This document shows positions 50,440 to 59,449 of a DNA stretch of 62,604 nucleotides, piece after piece; within the stretch, counting starts at the first letter, position 1; the number at the start of each line of letters is the position of its first letter. This DNA comes from a virus. The DNA is taken from positions 1 through 62,604 of the IMG/VR virus record IMGVR_UViG_3300003690_000007, one strand, 5' to 3'. Position numbers and translations under genes: made by a program. Below the pieces are notes generated by a model. The model saw nothing but the letters and a program-made list of their open reading frames with translations. It ran no database searches and was not told where the DNA came from.

Positions 50440-50799
50440 TCAGTTCGGTTGTTCTGGGAGCATCAAACGTATCGCCGACCCGTATGGGTAGGACTTTTGA
50501 ACCAGAATGGCATTCGTCTGCGGATCGACAATCTGGACGGTGATCGGCGTCGCGCGGATCAACTCCAATTGATCGTCCAGTTCCGTTATCCGGTCGAGTA
50601 ACTCATCGACATCCGGGGACGTGGTCGACAACTTTTCAATCGCCTCCCACAACATCACGATCTGATCAGTGCGATCGCGATCTCCCCACCTTGCGGTGTC
50701 CTTGACCGGTGGAGTGTCATCCGCCGTCGCCGTCACCACTACCAACGCGAGACCTACGGCGAGCAGAATAGCGACGACGGAGCGAGAAAGAGACAGCAT
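50440..50799 (-). CDS. secreted/anchored protein (119 aa)
   Basis: N-terminal signal-like helix SVVAILLAVGLALVVVTATA. Confidence 0.55.
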   Translation of the reverse strand: MLSLSRSVVAILLAVGLALVVVTATADDTPPVKDTARWGDRDRTDQIVMLWEAIEKLSTTSPDVDELLDRITELDDQLELIRATPITVQIVDPQTNAILVQKSYPYGSAIRLMLPEQPN

Positions 50800-50828
50800 G
50801 ACCAGATTCTACGCCCACAGTTTGCGTG

Positions 50829-51053
50829 TTAGCAATAGCCCGGTCCCATTTTTTGTCCACATCGGTAACACCAGTCCGCACCCGCCGTTCCGTAGTGTTC
50901 CGGTTTCAGATACATGAGCGGTCGTGACACCGGTCGGTTGCACAGCGTGAAGTCCTCGTTCGGATCACAGCGGATGTGCAGCATCTCGAGCGATCCGGTC
51001 GAGGCTTCACAGACCTGACCCGGTCTTACATGGTAGAAGCGACTTGTTCGCAC
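50829..51053 (-). CDS. small Cys-containing protein (74 aa)
   Basis: ORF overlapping the upstream gene by 28 nt; 6 Cys, including C-terminal CYRC. Confidence 0.45.
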   Translation of the reverse strand: MRTSRFYHVRPGQVCEASTGSLEMLHIRCDPNEDFTLCNRPVSRPLMYLKPEHYGTAGADWCYRCGQKMGPGYC

Positions 51054-51532
51054 TGGCGATGGAACTCCGGGTGATCATCCATGTAGGAGTGCCGTATCGT
51101 CAAGGTCGTCGGGCGATGAATTCGTGTCGCGTCCCTGTCCTTGGCGACCACGTCGTGACCCCTCAGAACTTCTTCCTTCTGCCGGAACCACCTCACCGTT
51201 CGGACGTTGTCGGGAACCACGATGACAGGTTTCCACAACGGACTCCACAACGCCCTCCACGGGAACCAGCCCGAGTGGTACACGCCGTCCGACAGCACGG
51301 CACTGGCGATCTTCATGCCGCGATCCCTGAGTTCGTGTGCCAGCGTGATAAATCCGTTGCCAACTCCCCACGAGTAGGCGAAGACCCCGACCTCCAACGT
51401 AGTAAAGTCGTCCTCCGGTCCCGTGCGGAGAAAATGTTCAGCGATACCGGACCACGGCGCGTCCCACGGAAAATAGCTCACCCGCGTCGTCGGTGATTCG
51501 TGCCGCCTGAGCTTGAGCCAGAGCTTCTCCAT
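51026..51532 (-). CDS. alpha/beta-hydrolase-like protein (168 aa), possible lysis esterase
   Basis: FAYSWGVGNG resembles a nucleophile elbow (A-x-S-x-G), with downstream Asp/His candidates. It lies in the lysis-like cassette. Confidence 0.4.
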   Translation of the reverse strand: MEKLWLKLRRHESPTTRVSYFPWDAPWSGIAEHFLRTGPEDDFTTLEVGVFAYSWGVGNGFITLAHELRDRGMKIASAVLSDGVYHSGWFPWRALWSPLWKPVIVVPDNVRTVRWFRQKEEVLRGHDVVAKDRDATRIHRPTTLTIRHSYMDDHPEFHRQCEQVASTM

Positions 51533-51610
51533 CCCGAGCGGTTGGGCGATGGTCTGGGTGAACCCGCTGATGCAGACGAGTCGCTTCAGGATATGCGGGG
51601 CGGTCAGGTC

Positions 51611-51838
51611 TCACTTCCTCTTGTTGAGACTGGCTACCAGAGAGTCGAGTAGACTCTGGATGCGCTGGATGTCCTCGGCGTGTGCCTTGCTCCGTTCCTC
51701 CAGCCGCGCGACCATCGCCGTGATCCTGCGCAGTTCCCCGTTTCCGTTGGATCGATCAGGAACCATCTTCGCAATCGATATCGATGCCGGTATTCCGATT
51801 CCCAGTACCATCAGCCCGTAGCCCAACACGTCTGTCAT
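51611..51838 (-). CDS. holin-like small membrane protein (75 aa)
   Basis: N-terminal TM (LGYGLMVLGIGIPASISIA) and a charged coiled-coil tail; first gene of the cassette. Confidence 0.45.
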   Translation of the reverse strand: MTDVLGYGLMVLGIGIPASISIAKMVPDRSNGNGELRRITAMVARLEERSKAHAEDIQRIQSLLDSLVASLNKRK

Positions 51839-51937
51839 CCTTATCCTCGTCGATGTCGTGATCGATTTTCGCGGTTCGCGCCGGGCTGGTCAAGGTGGGC
51901 TTGATTCGACCGCAGGGCTGTCGGCTACACTGATGGT

Positions 51938-52249
51938 ATGAGTTTGGACACCATGCCCCAGTTGGAGCCAAGGATGGCGAGTGTCCCGGTGGCGGTGCGT
52001 GGCACCGCGTCACTGGTGACGAACCTCTGCGCCGTCCTTCGTCTCTGGCTAAGTAGCGCCCCGGAGACCGGCGTGACTCAGTCCATTGAGTGCGGGGTCG
52101 TCTTCGACGACACCCCCTACTGCGGACTGAGAGTCATCACGGATGAGGGCCGAGTCTTCGAGGTCGCCGTGCGAGAGGTGGATCGAAGATGGCTGGAAGA
52201 AGATACCAGTTCTGGAGTCCCGAGGACGAGGAGACACTGCTCAGGCTAA
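51938..52249 (+). CDS. possible small ORF upstream of the phosphatase gene (103 aa)
   Basis: Open frame overlapping the start at 52189 by 61 nt; no clear SD. Confidence 0.25.
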   Translation: MSLDTMPQLEPRMASVPVAVRGTASLVTNLCAVLRLWLSSAPETGVTQSIECGVVFDDTPYCGLRVITDEGRVFEVAVREVDRRWLEEDTSSGVPRTRRHCSG

Positions 52250-53325
52250 ACTCGGAAGGCCACACCGATCGGCAGATCGGTCGGGTAATGAATCGGACCA
52301 AGGCGTCGGTTCACTCAAAACGGACCAACCTCTTGGCCGATCCCATATACACCGACCCCGAGGTGGCACCGCAGCTAGTCGATATGGAGAACTCCGCGCT
52401 CGAAACCGAGATCGGACAACTCAAACAACATATCGAATCTCTCGAGGATCCACCGGACAGTCGTCCGGCAGTCGAACCTGAACTCGATGATGACTGGGAC
52501 GGCGGATCCGAGTGGGGTGCCGCCGAGCATAAGTCAGGCAAAGACCTCCAGCGCCACATCCTCCTCGGTCGCTTCAAGGTCAAGTTCGACACCGGACCCA
52601 TCGCCATCTGTGCGATCAGCGATCAGCACATCGCACCCGGATCCCCGGTCGACCTCAAGCGGATGCGCGAGGACGCCGAACTGATACGGGACACGCCGGG
52701 ATTCTATGCGCTCCTCGGCGGTGATGCCGTCGACAACCACATGAAGCACCGCTCGGCGATGCTGGATGCCGGGGGAAGGATCGATGACCAGTGGCGGCTG
52801 TTTGATCACTACCTGACCATTTTCGCCGAGAAGATTCTGGTACTCATCAGCGGCAACCACGATGCGTGGACCGTCCAGACCGCCGGGGTCGATGTCCTGC
52901 GACGGATCGCCGAGAGCCACCGCATCTGCTACGCCCCGGCAGAGGCCCGGATTGCTGTCACAGTCGGTGATGTCAAGTACGACATCTGCCTGCGGCACCA
53001 GTACCGCTACAATTCCAGCTTCAATCTCAACCACGCCGTGAAGCGTATGTTCGATATGTCGTCCGAACCCTTCGACATCGGGATCATCTGCCACCATCAC
53101 GAGGCCAACTTGGAGTCGTTCCAGAAGCACGGCAAGAAGCGATACGGTGCGCGGCCCGGCAGCTATCAGTTGACGAGCAACTATTCCCGCCAGTATGGAT
53201 TCAACAACGCTTACCCGACGTGTCCGACTTTCATCCTGTTCCCCGACGGTCGCCGGATCATCGGGTTCGATGATATTCGAGATGCGCTGTGGGCGTGGAA
53301 ACGAGAGGGAGCAGATCAAGGATGA
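52189..53325 (+). CDS. calcineurin-like metallophosphoesterase with N-terminal GcrA/Myb-like HTH (378 aa)
   Basis: WSPEDEETLLRLNSEGHTDRQIGRVMNRTKASVHSKR. Phosphoesterase motifs ISDQH, GGDAVDNH, ISGNHD and CHHHE. SD gagaggtgga. Confidence 0.75.
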   Translation: MAGRRYQFWSPEDEETLLRLNSEGHTDRQIGRVMNRTKASVHSKRTNLLADPIYTDPEVAPQLVDMENSALETEIGQLKQHIESLEDPPDSRPAVEPELDDDWDGGSEWGAAEHKSGKDLQRHILLGRFKVKFDTGPIAICAISDQHIAPGSPVDLKRMREDAELIRDTPGFYALLGGDAVDNHMKHRSAMLDAGGRIDDQWRLFDHYLTIFAEKILVLISGNHDAWTVQTAGVDVLRRIAESHRICYAPAEARIAVTVGDVKYDICLRHQYRYNSSFNLNHAVKRMFDMSSEPFDIGIICHHHEANLESFQKHGKKRYGARPGSYQLTSNYSRQYGFNNAYPTCPTFILFPDGRRIIGFDDIRDALWAWKREGADQG

Positions 53326-53630
53326 TCAGTAAACACTTGTGGTTTATTGTCGGACTCGTGTTCGTCAGCGCGGTCGCCTCGTTCGACACATACCGTTGCA
53401 TCTCCGACCGGCTGGTCCTGTCCGAGATCGAACTCAATCCGATCGCCCGACGGCTGATTGAATTGGATCACGGAGATGTCCGACTGCTCGTCGCTGGCAA
53501 GACGCTCGGGCTGGCTCTGGTGATCGGGTGCGTCGTCCACCTAGCCCACAGGTGGCCGAGGATGTCCCACTGGTCGCTCGCTGCACTGGTAGTGGTGCAG
53601 GCCGTGACGCTCTGGTCGCTCGTCCGCTAG
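53322..53630 (+). CDS. integral membrane protein (102 aa)
   Basis: ATGA overlap with the phosphatase stop; three or four hydrophobic helices. Confidence 0.6.
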   Translation: MISKHLWFIVGLVFVSAVASFDTYRCISDRLVLSEIELNPIARRLIELDHGDVRLLVAGKTLGLALVIGCVVHLAHRWPRMSHWSLAALVVVQAVTLWSLVR

Positions 53631-53741
53631 GGCGTGAACCCTTCGTCCGCTCCCAACTGTTTACCCGTCCACAGGTCTTGCCCGGATTCGTACCGACCGG
53701 CCATCACCGCAACCCTGTCGGCCATCAGTCCGCATGACACC

Positions 53742-54062
53742 TCACGGGGTCGGCTCTCTGGACTCGTTCGACCCTTGCTCCCCATCCGGGTCACTTGCTC
53801 CGGCAGGACGTTGCGGACCACCTTGTGCCTGACATCCATTTTGAACCCTCTCGATCAGACGCTCCAGATACCATCTCGCCTTTTTCAGATCCTCGATGCC
53901 CGCCTTGAATCGATAGCGGGACAGGTATTTTAAAACCTGTCCCGAGTGATAGTCGAGTCCAAGCCCCTCGATCGCGCAGATCGTCTCCATATCTCCCTGC
54001 CGGTAGTGCCTCGGACGATCGATTGATTCTCTAGGTTCCGGCTGTGATTGTGATCTGGACAC
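53742..54062 (-). CDS. DUF3310-like phage protein (~106 aa, GTG start)
   Basis: PRHYRQGDMETICAIEGLGLDYHSGQVLKYLSRYRFKAGIEDLKKARWYLERL matches the recalled DUF3310 pattern. The upstream part of ORF 53742..54146 overlaps rusA. Confidence 0.55.
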   Translation of the reverse strand: MSRSQSQPEPRESIDRPRHYRQGDMETICAIEGLGLDYHSGQVLKYLSRYRFKAGIEDLKKARWYLERLIERVQNGCQAQGGPQRPAGASDPDGEQGSNESREPTP

Positions 54063-54402
54063 GCGGGTGTTCCTTGTCGTACTTGACCGAAGACATGCCG
54101 AAGCTGAAGTGCTGGTCGTCGACCTCGAGGGCGTCGGCGATGCCATCCACGCCGGACTTCATCCACGCCAGACAGTTCGTCAGGTCGCGTCGGTGGCGTG
54201 TTGGAAAATAGAAGATCATCGATAGTTGAGACTTCGACCAGTCTAGGTCTTCGTGGAAGGTGCTGCCCGTGATAACGTCAGTCGTCGCCACTTGGGCTGC
54301 CAGCCGGTAACGCTTTGTGTCCCGTGCCCGTCGACCCCAATGCTCGCGGCTGTTGGGGGACAGAGATCGTGGAGGGAGAGGAAGTCGTATCGTCAAGGAC
54401 AT
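54031..54402 (-). CDS. rusA: RusA-family Holliday junction resolvase (123 aa)
   Basis: LPLPPRSLSPNSREHW...RRDLTNCLAWMKSGVDGIADALEVDDQHF follows the RusA consensus. Confidence 0.7.
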   Translation of the reverse strand: MSLTIRLPLPPRSLSPNSREHWGRRARDTKRYRLAAQVATTDVITGSTFHEDLDWSKSQLSMIFYFPTRHRRDLTNCLAWMKSGVDGIADALEVDDQHFSFGMSSVKYDKEHPRVQITITAGT

Positions 54403-54898
54403 CCGTGGCCCTCAGTCGTTTCATGTCGTCGATGACGTGCGGCGGAAGCAGTCTCGTCTCCCGGTCGACATCGACTGCGTCTCGGTAGGCGTGGATGAAG
54501 GCCGTGCGTGTCGATTCCTGCCTTCCCTCCCGAATGAAAGGCCATCCTACCTGACCAGCCACCTCGGACACCAGCCGAGGCAGCAGGGCGCGTGCCGTCT
54601 TGAACTCCGGGTGTCCCCCGCCGACACGAACAACAGCACGGACCTTCGCCCACGCCTCGGACGGTGTGAGGTAGCCCCCGGCCATCGACTCCACAGCGAG
54701 GCGACGGATAGCCGCGATCGTCGGGATGGTTGGATACTCGTTTTCAAGAAGTGACCGGGTCACGGCTACCTTCAGAACTTCTGCTGGCAGGTCTCCGAGA
54801 AGTCGCCAGTACACGGTGGCCTGCTCCATCGTCAAATCTTTGCCAATCGCGGCCACGGCTACCGCCATGATCGCGGAGAACTCGGTCTTGTCGATCAT
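54278..54898 (-). CDS. replication accessory protein, G39P-type helicase-loader-like N-terminal domain (206 aa)
   Basis: FSAIMAVAVAAIGKDLTMEQATVYWRLLGDLPAEVLKVAVTRSLLENEYPTIPTIAAI. The last ~40 aa are low complexity and overlap rusA by 125 nt. Confidence 0.45.
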   Translation of the reverse strand: MIDKTEFSAIMAVAVAAIGKDLTMEQATVYWRLLGDLPAEVLKVAVTRSLLENEYPTIPTIAAIRRLAVESMAGGYLTPSEAWAKVRAVVRVGGGHPEFKTARALLPRLVSEVAGQVGWPFIREGRQESTRTAFIHAYRDAVDVDRETRLLPPHVIDDMKRLRATDVLDDTTSSPSTISVPQQPRALGSTGTGHKALPAGSPSGDD

Positions 54899-54899
54899 A

Positions 54900-55103
54900 T
54901 CAGTCTCGGCTCCCGAACCTGTTGCGCATCATGTTGACCACGGCGTACAACACGGCCGTGGCCGACCCGGTGCAGACGATCGTCTGGTGTTCGGTGTGGT
55001 CGAACTGCGTGGCTGTGATCCACAGGATCGTGGTCAGGGCCAGCAGTCCGCTCGCCCAGTAGGCGAAGAACCAGAATCCGCTGTCTCGTCGTGGTGGTCG
55101 CAC
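54900..55103 (-). CDS. small membrane protein (67 aa)
   Basis: Two hydrophobic helices. Confidence 0.5.
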   Translation of the reverse strand: MRPPRRDSGFWFFAYWASGLLALTTILWITATQFDHTEHQTIVCTGSATAVLYAVVNMMRNRFGSRD

Positions 55104-55112
55104 CGTATCCCC

Positions 55113-55895
55113 TTAGCTGTCGCTGAACTCCCGAAGACCGTCGTAGTTCGGACCACGCCTTCCGGGTGACTGAGCCGATTCAGGTTCTCGGATTCCTATC
55201 CACCCCATCAGGATCGTGTATTCGATCGCCGCCACCGATCGCCCGACGCCCCACTGATCAAATCGATGAAGCAGATTGCGGAGCGAGAGAGGTTTCAACG
55301 ACTTGCCGATCGTCTTGCGATACTGGATCCAGTCCGACCACGCCGTGGTGAACGAGTCGTCGTGGAGTGAGTCTGGAATTACAATGTCGACCGACCGCAG
55401 CAGCCCCCCCTCGACCTCGACGAATCCGGGGCTGTTTTTCTCTGAAGCAGAAGTAGCAGTAGAAGTAGCAGTAGAAGTAGCAGTAGAAGTGTTCAACACT
55501 TGTTCACCCTTAGATTGAACATGCGATGAACACTTGTTCGCTATCGAAGCTCTTGCCAGACCTGACTTTATGCCAGCAGCGACGCGCTGCTCCCTGATCT
55601 CATCCATCCGATTACGCTCGGCCAGCAGCCTCAAATTTGTAAGACGACCATCCATCGTCGGGTGTGGAACGAACACACGGCGAAGTGTCGTTGAGGATTT
55701 GTTGAACACTTGTTCGCCGAGACGGGACAGGACAGCAAGCTCGCGGTCATCGTCGGGCAGGGAGCAATCCTTGTCGCTCCAGCAGTAGCACAGCAATCGG
55801 ATATAGGCACCCTCCTGCTCAGGAGTCATAAGCAGAATCGTTGGAGAACTCAGCCAGTCGTTCGGGTAGAACTGAAATGCCGGTGGCTTTCCCAT
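55113..55895 (-). CDS. DUF1376 (YdaU-like) replication initiation-associated protein (~260 aa)
   Basis: MGKPPAFQFYPNDWLSSPTILLMTPEQEGAYIRLLCYCW. Start moved to the internal ATG with SD gggag. Contains a (TSTA)n linker. Confidence 0.6.
   Translation of the reverse strand: MGKPPAFQFYPNDWLSSPTILLMTPEQEGAYIRLLCYCWSDKDCSLPDDDRELAVLSRLGEQVFNKSSTTLRRVFVPHPTMDGRLTNLRLLAERNRMDEIREQRVAAGIKSGLARASIANKCSSHVQSKGEQVLNTSTATSTATSTATSASEKNSPGFVEVEGGLLRSVDIVIPDSLHDDSFTTAWSDWIQYRKTIGKSLKPLSLRNLLHRFDQWGVGRSVAAIEYTILMGWIGIREPESAQSPGRRGPNYDGLREFSDS
55447..55490. repeat. 12-bp tandem repeat x3.7 (gtagaagtagca)
   Basis: Encodes TSTATSTATSTATS within the DUF1376 gene. Confidence 0.9.
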
Positions 55896-56017
55896 TAGAA
55901 AAATCTCCCGCGACGAGTACCACCCGACCCGTTCGATAGCAGGTGGCAAGCCTTGCCACTTCTCACCCTTTTACTCGTAGGCTTTGACTGGTCTGCTATC
56001 TATCGAGTCGGCAGTCG

Positions 56018-56986
56018 TCAGATCAAGGTCGGCTTCGACTTCGGGACACGAACGAACTTCACCGATGTACCCTCGCGCCAGTGGTTCCACATCAGTCGGC
56101 AGGCCCAGTTTATGTCAAGAATCGCGACGGCCCGTCTCCCGTTCGCACCACCAGCCCCGCGAGCGTGGTCGACCGAAATGTTCAGCAGCCAGTTACGCAG
56201 GACGAGCCTCGGGTCTGTCGGTGACGTGAATCCCACGCCGTTCGCCACCCGAGACCAGAACTCGTTGCTGAGATTCGGTCGGTGGGCAAACGTCGCGTAC
56301 ATCACCGCGATGACCGACGCCCGTCTGAGGTGCATGAAGTCCGAGTGTTCCACCGAGTGGAGGAATTTCCCCACCTTGATGCTCAGGTCACGGTACTCGC
56401 CACGCATCAGCGCCCCGATCTCGTCACCGTCCCGGCGGCGACCGCCATCGTAGCCCCAGCGATACTGAGTGAATCCGTGCGCGAGGACTGTTCGGATGCC
56501 CTTCGGGAGATCGGAGAACTCGGGATCACCGCCGAGGTAACCCGCCACCACGAACTGCTTGCTCCGCTCCTTGCCCCGGTCGATCGACGTGTAGAGCTTC
56601 GCCATCTCGTCCATCGACGAGGCTTCATATTTCAGCACATGCACGTCACCGACCGGCTTGTCGTGCAGGATCGTTGCCCACGCCGTGTGCTGCCCGTTCA
56701 TGCGGTACTCGACATCGCCGACCACACATATGATGATCTGCACTAATTCTGGAACGAACGTGCCACGTTCCATCGTGCGCACGAGGTAGTCGACGTGGAT
56801 CGAGTTCAGCGTCCGGTCATCTCGAAACTCGACCAACCCTTCCAGAATATGCGTCGCGAAATCCGGCGTGAGCGGGACAACGTCTCGCTTCACCAGCTTC
56901 GCCGCCCGCGCGGCAAATCCCTTGACCGCCTTGACCTCGCTAGAGTTCGTGGGGGCGTCTTCCTTGGCCTTGTATTCTCCTGTCAT
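56018..56986 (-). CDS. ParB/Srx-superfamily-like protein (322 aa)
   Basis: SIHVDYLVRTMERGTFVPELVQIIICVVGDVEYRMNGQHTAWA resembles the ParB N-terminal / DGQHR-type core. Confidence 0.4.
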   Translation of the reverse strand: MTGEYKAKEDAPTNSSEVKAVKGFAARAAKLVKRDVVPLTPDFATHILEGLVEFRDDRTLNSIHVDYLVRTMERGTFVPELVQIIICVVGDVEYRMNGQHTAWATILHDKPVGDVHVLKYEASSMDEMAKLYTSIDRGKERSKQFVVAGYLGGDPEFSDLPKGIRTVLAHGFTQYRWGYDGGRRRDGDEIGALMRGEYRDLSIKVGKFLHSVEHSDFMHLRRASVIAVMYATFAHRPNLSNEFWSRVANGVGFTSPTDPRLVLRNWLLNISVDHARGAGGANGRRAVAILDINWACRLMWNHWREGTSVKFVRVPKSKPTLI

Positions 56987-57013
56987 GTCGTCAGTCTCCT
57001 TCTCGGGGAGTGG

Positions 57014-58180
57014 TCAAAACAACGACTCGTCATCGCCGAACTTCTCATACTTCTGGTCGGTGGACAGGGACGCCTCGCGTGTGGCATATCGATCCATCAC
57101 TGTCTCGGTGTGACTCTTGCCCAGCGATCCGGTCTCCAGCATATCCTGAATCACCTCGCTGACGGCTCGGAGTCCTTTGAGGGAATTCGCGCCGTCGATC
57201 AGCCTCAGTGCCTTCTCACGTTCTTCGTCGGCGCTGGCCTGCTTGCCGTTTCCCTTGCCTTTCGCTCGCCGCTTCGTGCTTTTGGTGACGCTCTTGGACT
57301 TCGCCTTCTTCGGCTCGTCGCCGGATGTTCCGGTGAGGTCATCGGCGGTCACGCCTTCCTGATCGGCCACCGGCTCGACCCGTTGGATCATCACGTCGCC
57401 GAACACTTCGGTCACCGTGGACTCGCCGTCGGCGACCGCATTCCAGATTCCTAACAGGTCCACGCGGTCCTGCTTTGTCCACCCGGCCTCGCGGGTGCGG
57501 CCAACGTATCTCTCCAGCGTCTCTAAGTCGACGCCCTTGCTGGAGAACTGGCCGACGATCTTCTCGACCGTCGAATCGTCGAGCAGTTCGTCGATTTTGC
57601 GCTCGGCCATCGACATCAATTCAGCCCGCAGGCCCGGCGGGACCGATCGCAGTATCACCTCCCTGATGCGACGCGACTCCTCGGCCTTGACGGTTACCGA
57701 ATAGAATCGGTCGTCGGCGATGCGGGTCATCGAACCGCCGCGTGATCGGTAGAACTTAGAGACGAGTCCCGCCGAACTCCAGATTCGGCCTTTCTGGAAA
57801 TCCGTAAACGTGGCCTCGACCCGAACGGTGTCATCGTCGACCGGGGTCACATCCGAGCGAACCCGGCAGTAGCCGTAAGCCTCGGCCACCGCTTCGGCGG
57901 CTCGGATCGACAGACCGCGAGCGTACTTCATCTGCCCACCCTGATCACGCCCTACCGGTTTGCTGTAGATTGCCTCTGCGGCAAACGCCGGGTACGCTTC
58001 CATCTGCGCCGCCAGATCGGCCTTGATAGATTCATGGTCCCGAGGACGCGCGAGCGCGAGTGCCTGCATCGTGTCGTTTTCCATCCGCATCACAGCGAGG
58101 TGCGGAGGAATATCTACAATCTGCCCGATCTCGGCCATCTGCCCGATCTCGGTCTGCACCTCTTTGTTGACCGTCGTCAT
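57014..58180 (-). CDS. single-strand annealing protein candidate (RecT/Red-beta-like) with Lys-rich linker (388 aa)
   Basis: Immediately downstream of, and 4-nt overlapped with, the exonuclease gene. Motif KYARGLSIRAAEAVAEAYGY. The family assignment comes from context and recall only. Confidence 0.4.
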   Translation of the reverse strand: MTTVNKEVQTEIGQMAEIGQIVDIPPHLAVMRMENDTMQALALARPRDHESIKADLAAQMEAYPAFAAEAIYSKPVGRDQGGQMKYARGLSIRAAEAVAEAYGYCRVRSDVTPVDDDTVRVEATFTDFQKGRIWSSAGLVSKFYRSRGGSMTRIADDRFYSVTVKAEESRRIREVILRSVPPGLRAELMSMAERKIDELLDDSTVEKIVGQFSSKGVDLETLERYVGRTREAGWTKQDRVDLLGIWNAVADGESTVTEVFGDVMIQRVEPVADQEGVTADDLTGTSGDEPKKAKSKSVTKSTKRRAKGKGNGKQASADEEREKALRLIDGANSLKGLRAVSEVIQDMLETGSLGKSHTETVMDRYATREASLSTDQKYEKFGDDESLF

Positions 58181-58989
58181 TGTGCCATCTCCTCGCGTTC
58201 AGAGTTTACGAACGGGCAGGTTGCCCAGTAACCGCACCACCTTGAACCGCACCACCACGCGCCCGGCATCGCCGGGGCGAAGTTCCCCGCCTGAATCGCC
58301 GACGTGATGACGTTCAGACGATTTGCCAGTGCCGTGAAATCGACCGGGCCTCTGGTGGACGACACCACGTCCCGACTTGTCTTGGTCTTTGTCTTCACGA
58401 TCGTGTCCAACCTCACCTCGCTCGCATCCTCTCCGGTCTCCCGCTTGTGAGCGGCGGCGTAAATCGTAAGCTGCGTGGAGTGATCGGCGTCGGATTGACT
58501 TTTCTTACGACCACTCGTCTTGAAATCGACGACCCGGTTCTCGTCGTCGGTGAGGTCGATGATCCCGACGAGGTCGTGCGAGTGCTTCGGTAACTCGATG
58601 CGAACCCACTGCTCGCACGTCACCGGCTGGTAGTCCGGTGCCTGCTCGGTCGCGTGGCACGTCGCCATGTCGACCACGGCGTCGAGATTCTCACCGATCA
58701 CATCCTTGACGTTTCTGCCCTCGTCGGCGACTTCCAGCGTGTAGCCCCCGGCAACAGCCGACTCGAATCCTTCAGCAGCGGCAGAGACAATATCGTCCAC
58801 CGGCAAATCCTCGTGCGATTCGATCTTCTGCTTGAAGTTCGTCTCGGCTCCCCGGTGGACCCCGGTGCCCCGGAGCATCGCGAACCCCGGCGGGATGATC
58901 TCTCCCTCGATGTACCGGCGGCGGTAAGCCTCGGGACAGCGGGAGAACATATCAAGCTGTGTCGCGCTCAGGTGTTGTTTCTTCTTCAT
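58177..58989 (-). CDS. PD-(D/E)xK exonuclease, Cas4/RecB-like with C-terminal Cys cluster (270 aa)
   Basis: FSRCPEAY...GIIDLTDDENRVVDFKTSG...WWCGSRWCGYWATCPF: a D...D/ExK core plus 1+3 Cys, as in Fe-S Cas4/AddB nucleases. Confidence 0.7.
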   Translation of the reverse strand: MKKKQHLSATQLDMFSRCPEAYRRRYIEGEIIPPGFAMLRGTGVHRGAETNFKQKIESHEDLPVDDIVSAAAEGFESAVAGGYTLEVADEGRNVKDVIGENLDAVVDMATCHATEQAPDYQPVTCEQWVRIELPKHSHDLVGIIDLTDDENRVVDFKTSGRKKSQSDADHSTQLTIYAAAHKRETGEDASEVRLDTIVKTKTKTSRDVVSSTRGPVDFTALANRLNVITSAIQAGNFAPAMPGAWWCGSRWCGYWATCPFVNSEREEMAQ

Positions 58990-59140
58990 GGTTCCTCGTC
59001 AGTTCTTCTCGGACGATGATCACGGATCGGGGTGCATCGATCCCGATCCTAGCCTGACCGGATTGTGACTTGATCAGGGTCACTCGAATGTCGTCGCCAA
59101 TCAGGATCGCTTCAGTATCTTTCCTCGACAGCACCAGCAT
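58952..59140 (-). CDS. csrA: CsrA/RsmA-family RNA-binding translational regulator (62 aa)
   Basis: MLVLSRKDTEAILIGDDIRVTLIKSQSGQARIGIDAPRSVIIVREEL aligns along its length with E. coli CsrA ([48 protein letters not shown]). Confidence 0.85.
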   Translation of the reverse strand: MLVLSRKDTEAILIGDDIRVTLIKSQSGQARIGIDAPRSVIIVREELTRNHEEETTPERDTA

Positions 59141-59343
59141 CAGTCGGCCTCCTTCGGTCTCCCGATCGGGCGTGGCTCCGACAACGGGTCTCGTCGGGGC
59201 GTGTTGTCGATCCCCCGCCGGATCAGGTCACGCAAAAACTCTGGTCGGCCCGCGTCTTGGCGAGATCGGTCGATCCGTTCCCACCAATCTCGCGGCAGGT
59301 ACAGGCTGTACGGGACCATCGGCTCACTCATCGGTTCGTTCAT
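59140..59343 (-). CDS. ribbon-helix-helix protein (67 aa)
   Basis: YSLYLPRDWWERIDRSRQDAGRPEFLRDLIRRGI. Its TGA overlaps the csrA ATG by 1 nt (TGATG). First gene of the minus arm. Confidence 0.6.
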   Translation of the reverse strand: MNEPMSEPMVPYSLYLPRDWWERIDRSRQDAGRPEFLRDLIRRGIDNTPRRDPLSEPRPIGRPKEAD

Positions 59344-59449
59344 CGCTATTGCTCCTGCTGGATGATCTTACGAAAATGGTTCTGACCGTCTCTGCCGGTC
59401 GGCCAGTGGTTCCCCGTCCCGGCGGGCGGGGTCCACTTGGATGTTGACG

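Noticed and set aside
53627-53839. 70-aa minus-strand ORF between the membrane-protein gene and the DUF3310-like gene
   Set aside because: It overlaps the DUF3310 tail by ~100 nt. It has no SD or motif, and its composition is unconvincing, so it is left uncalled.
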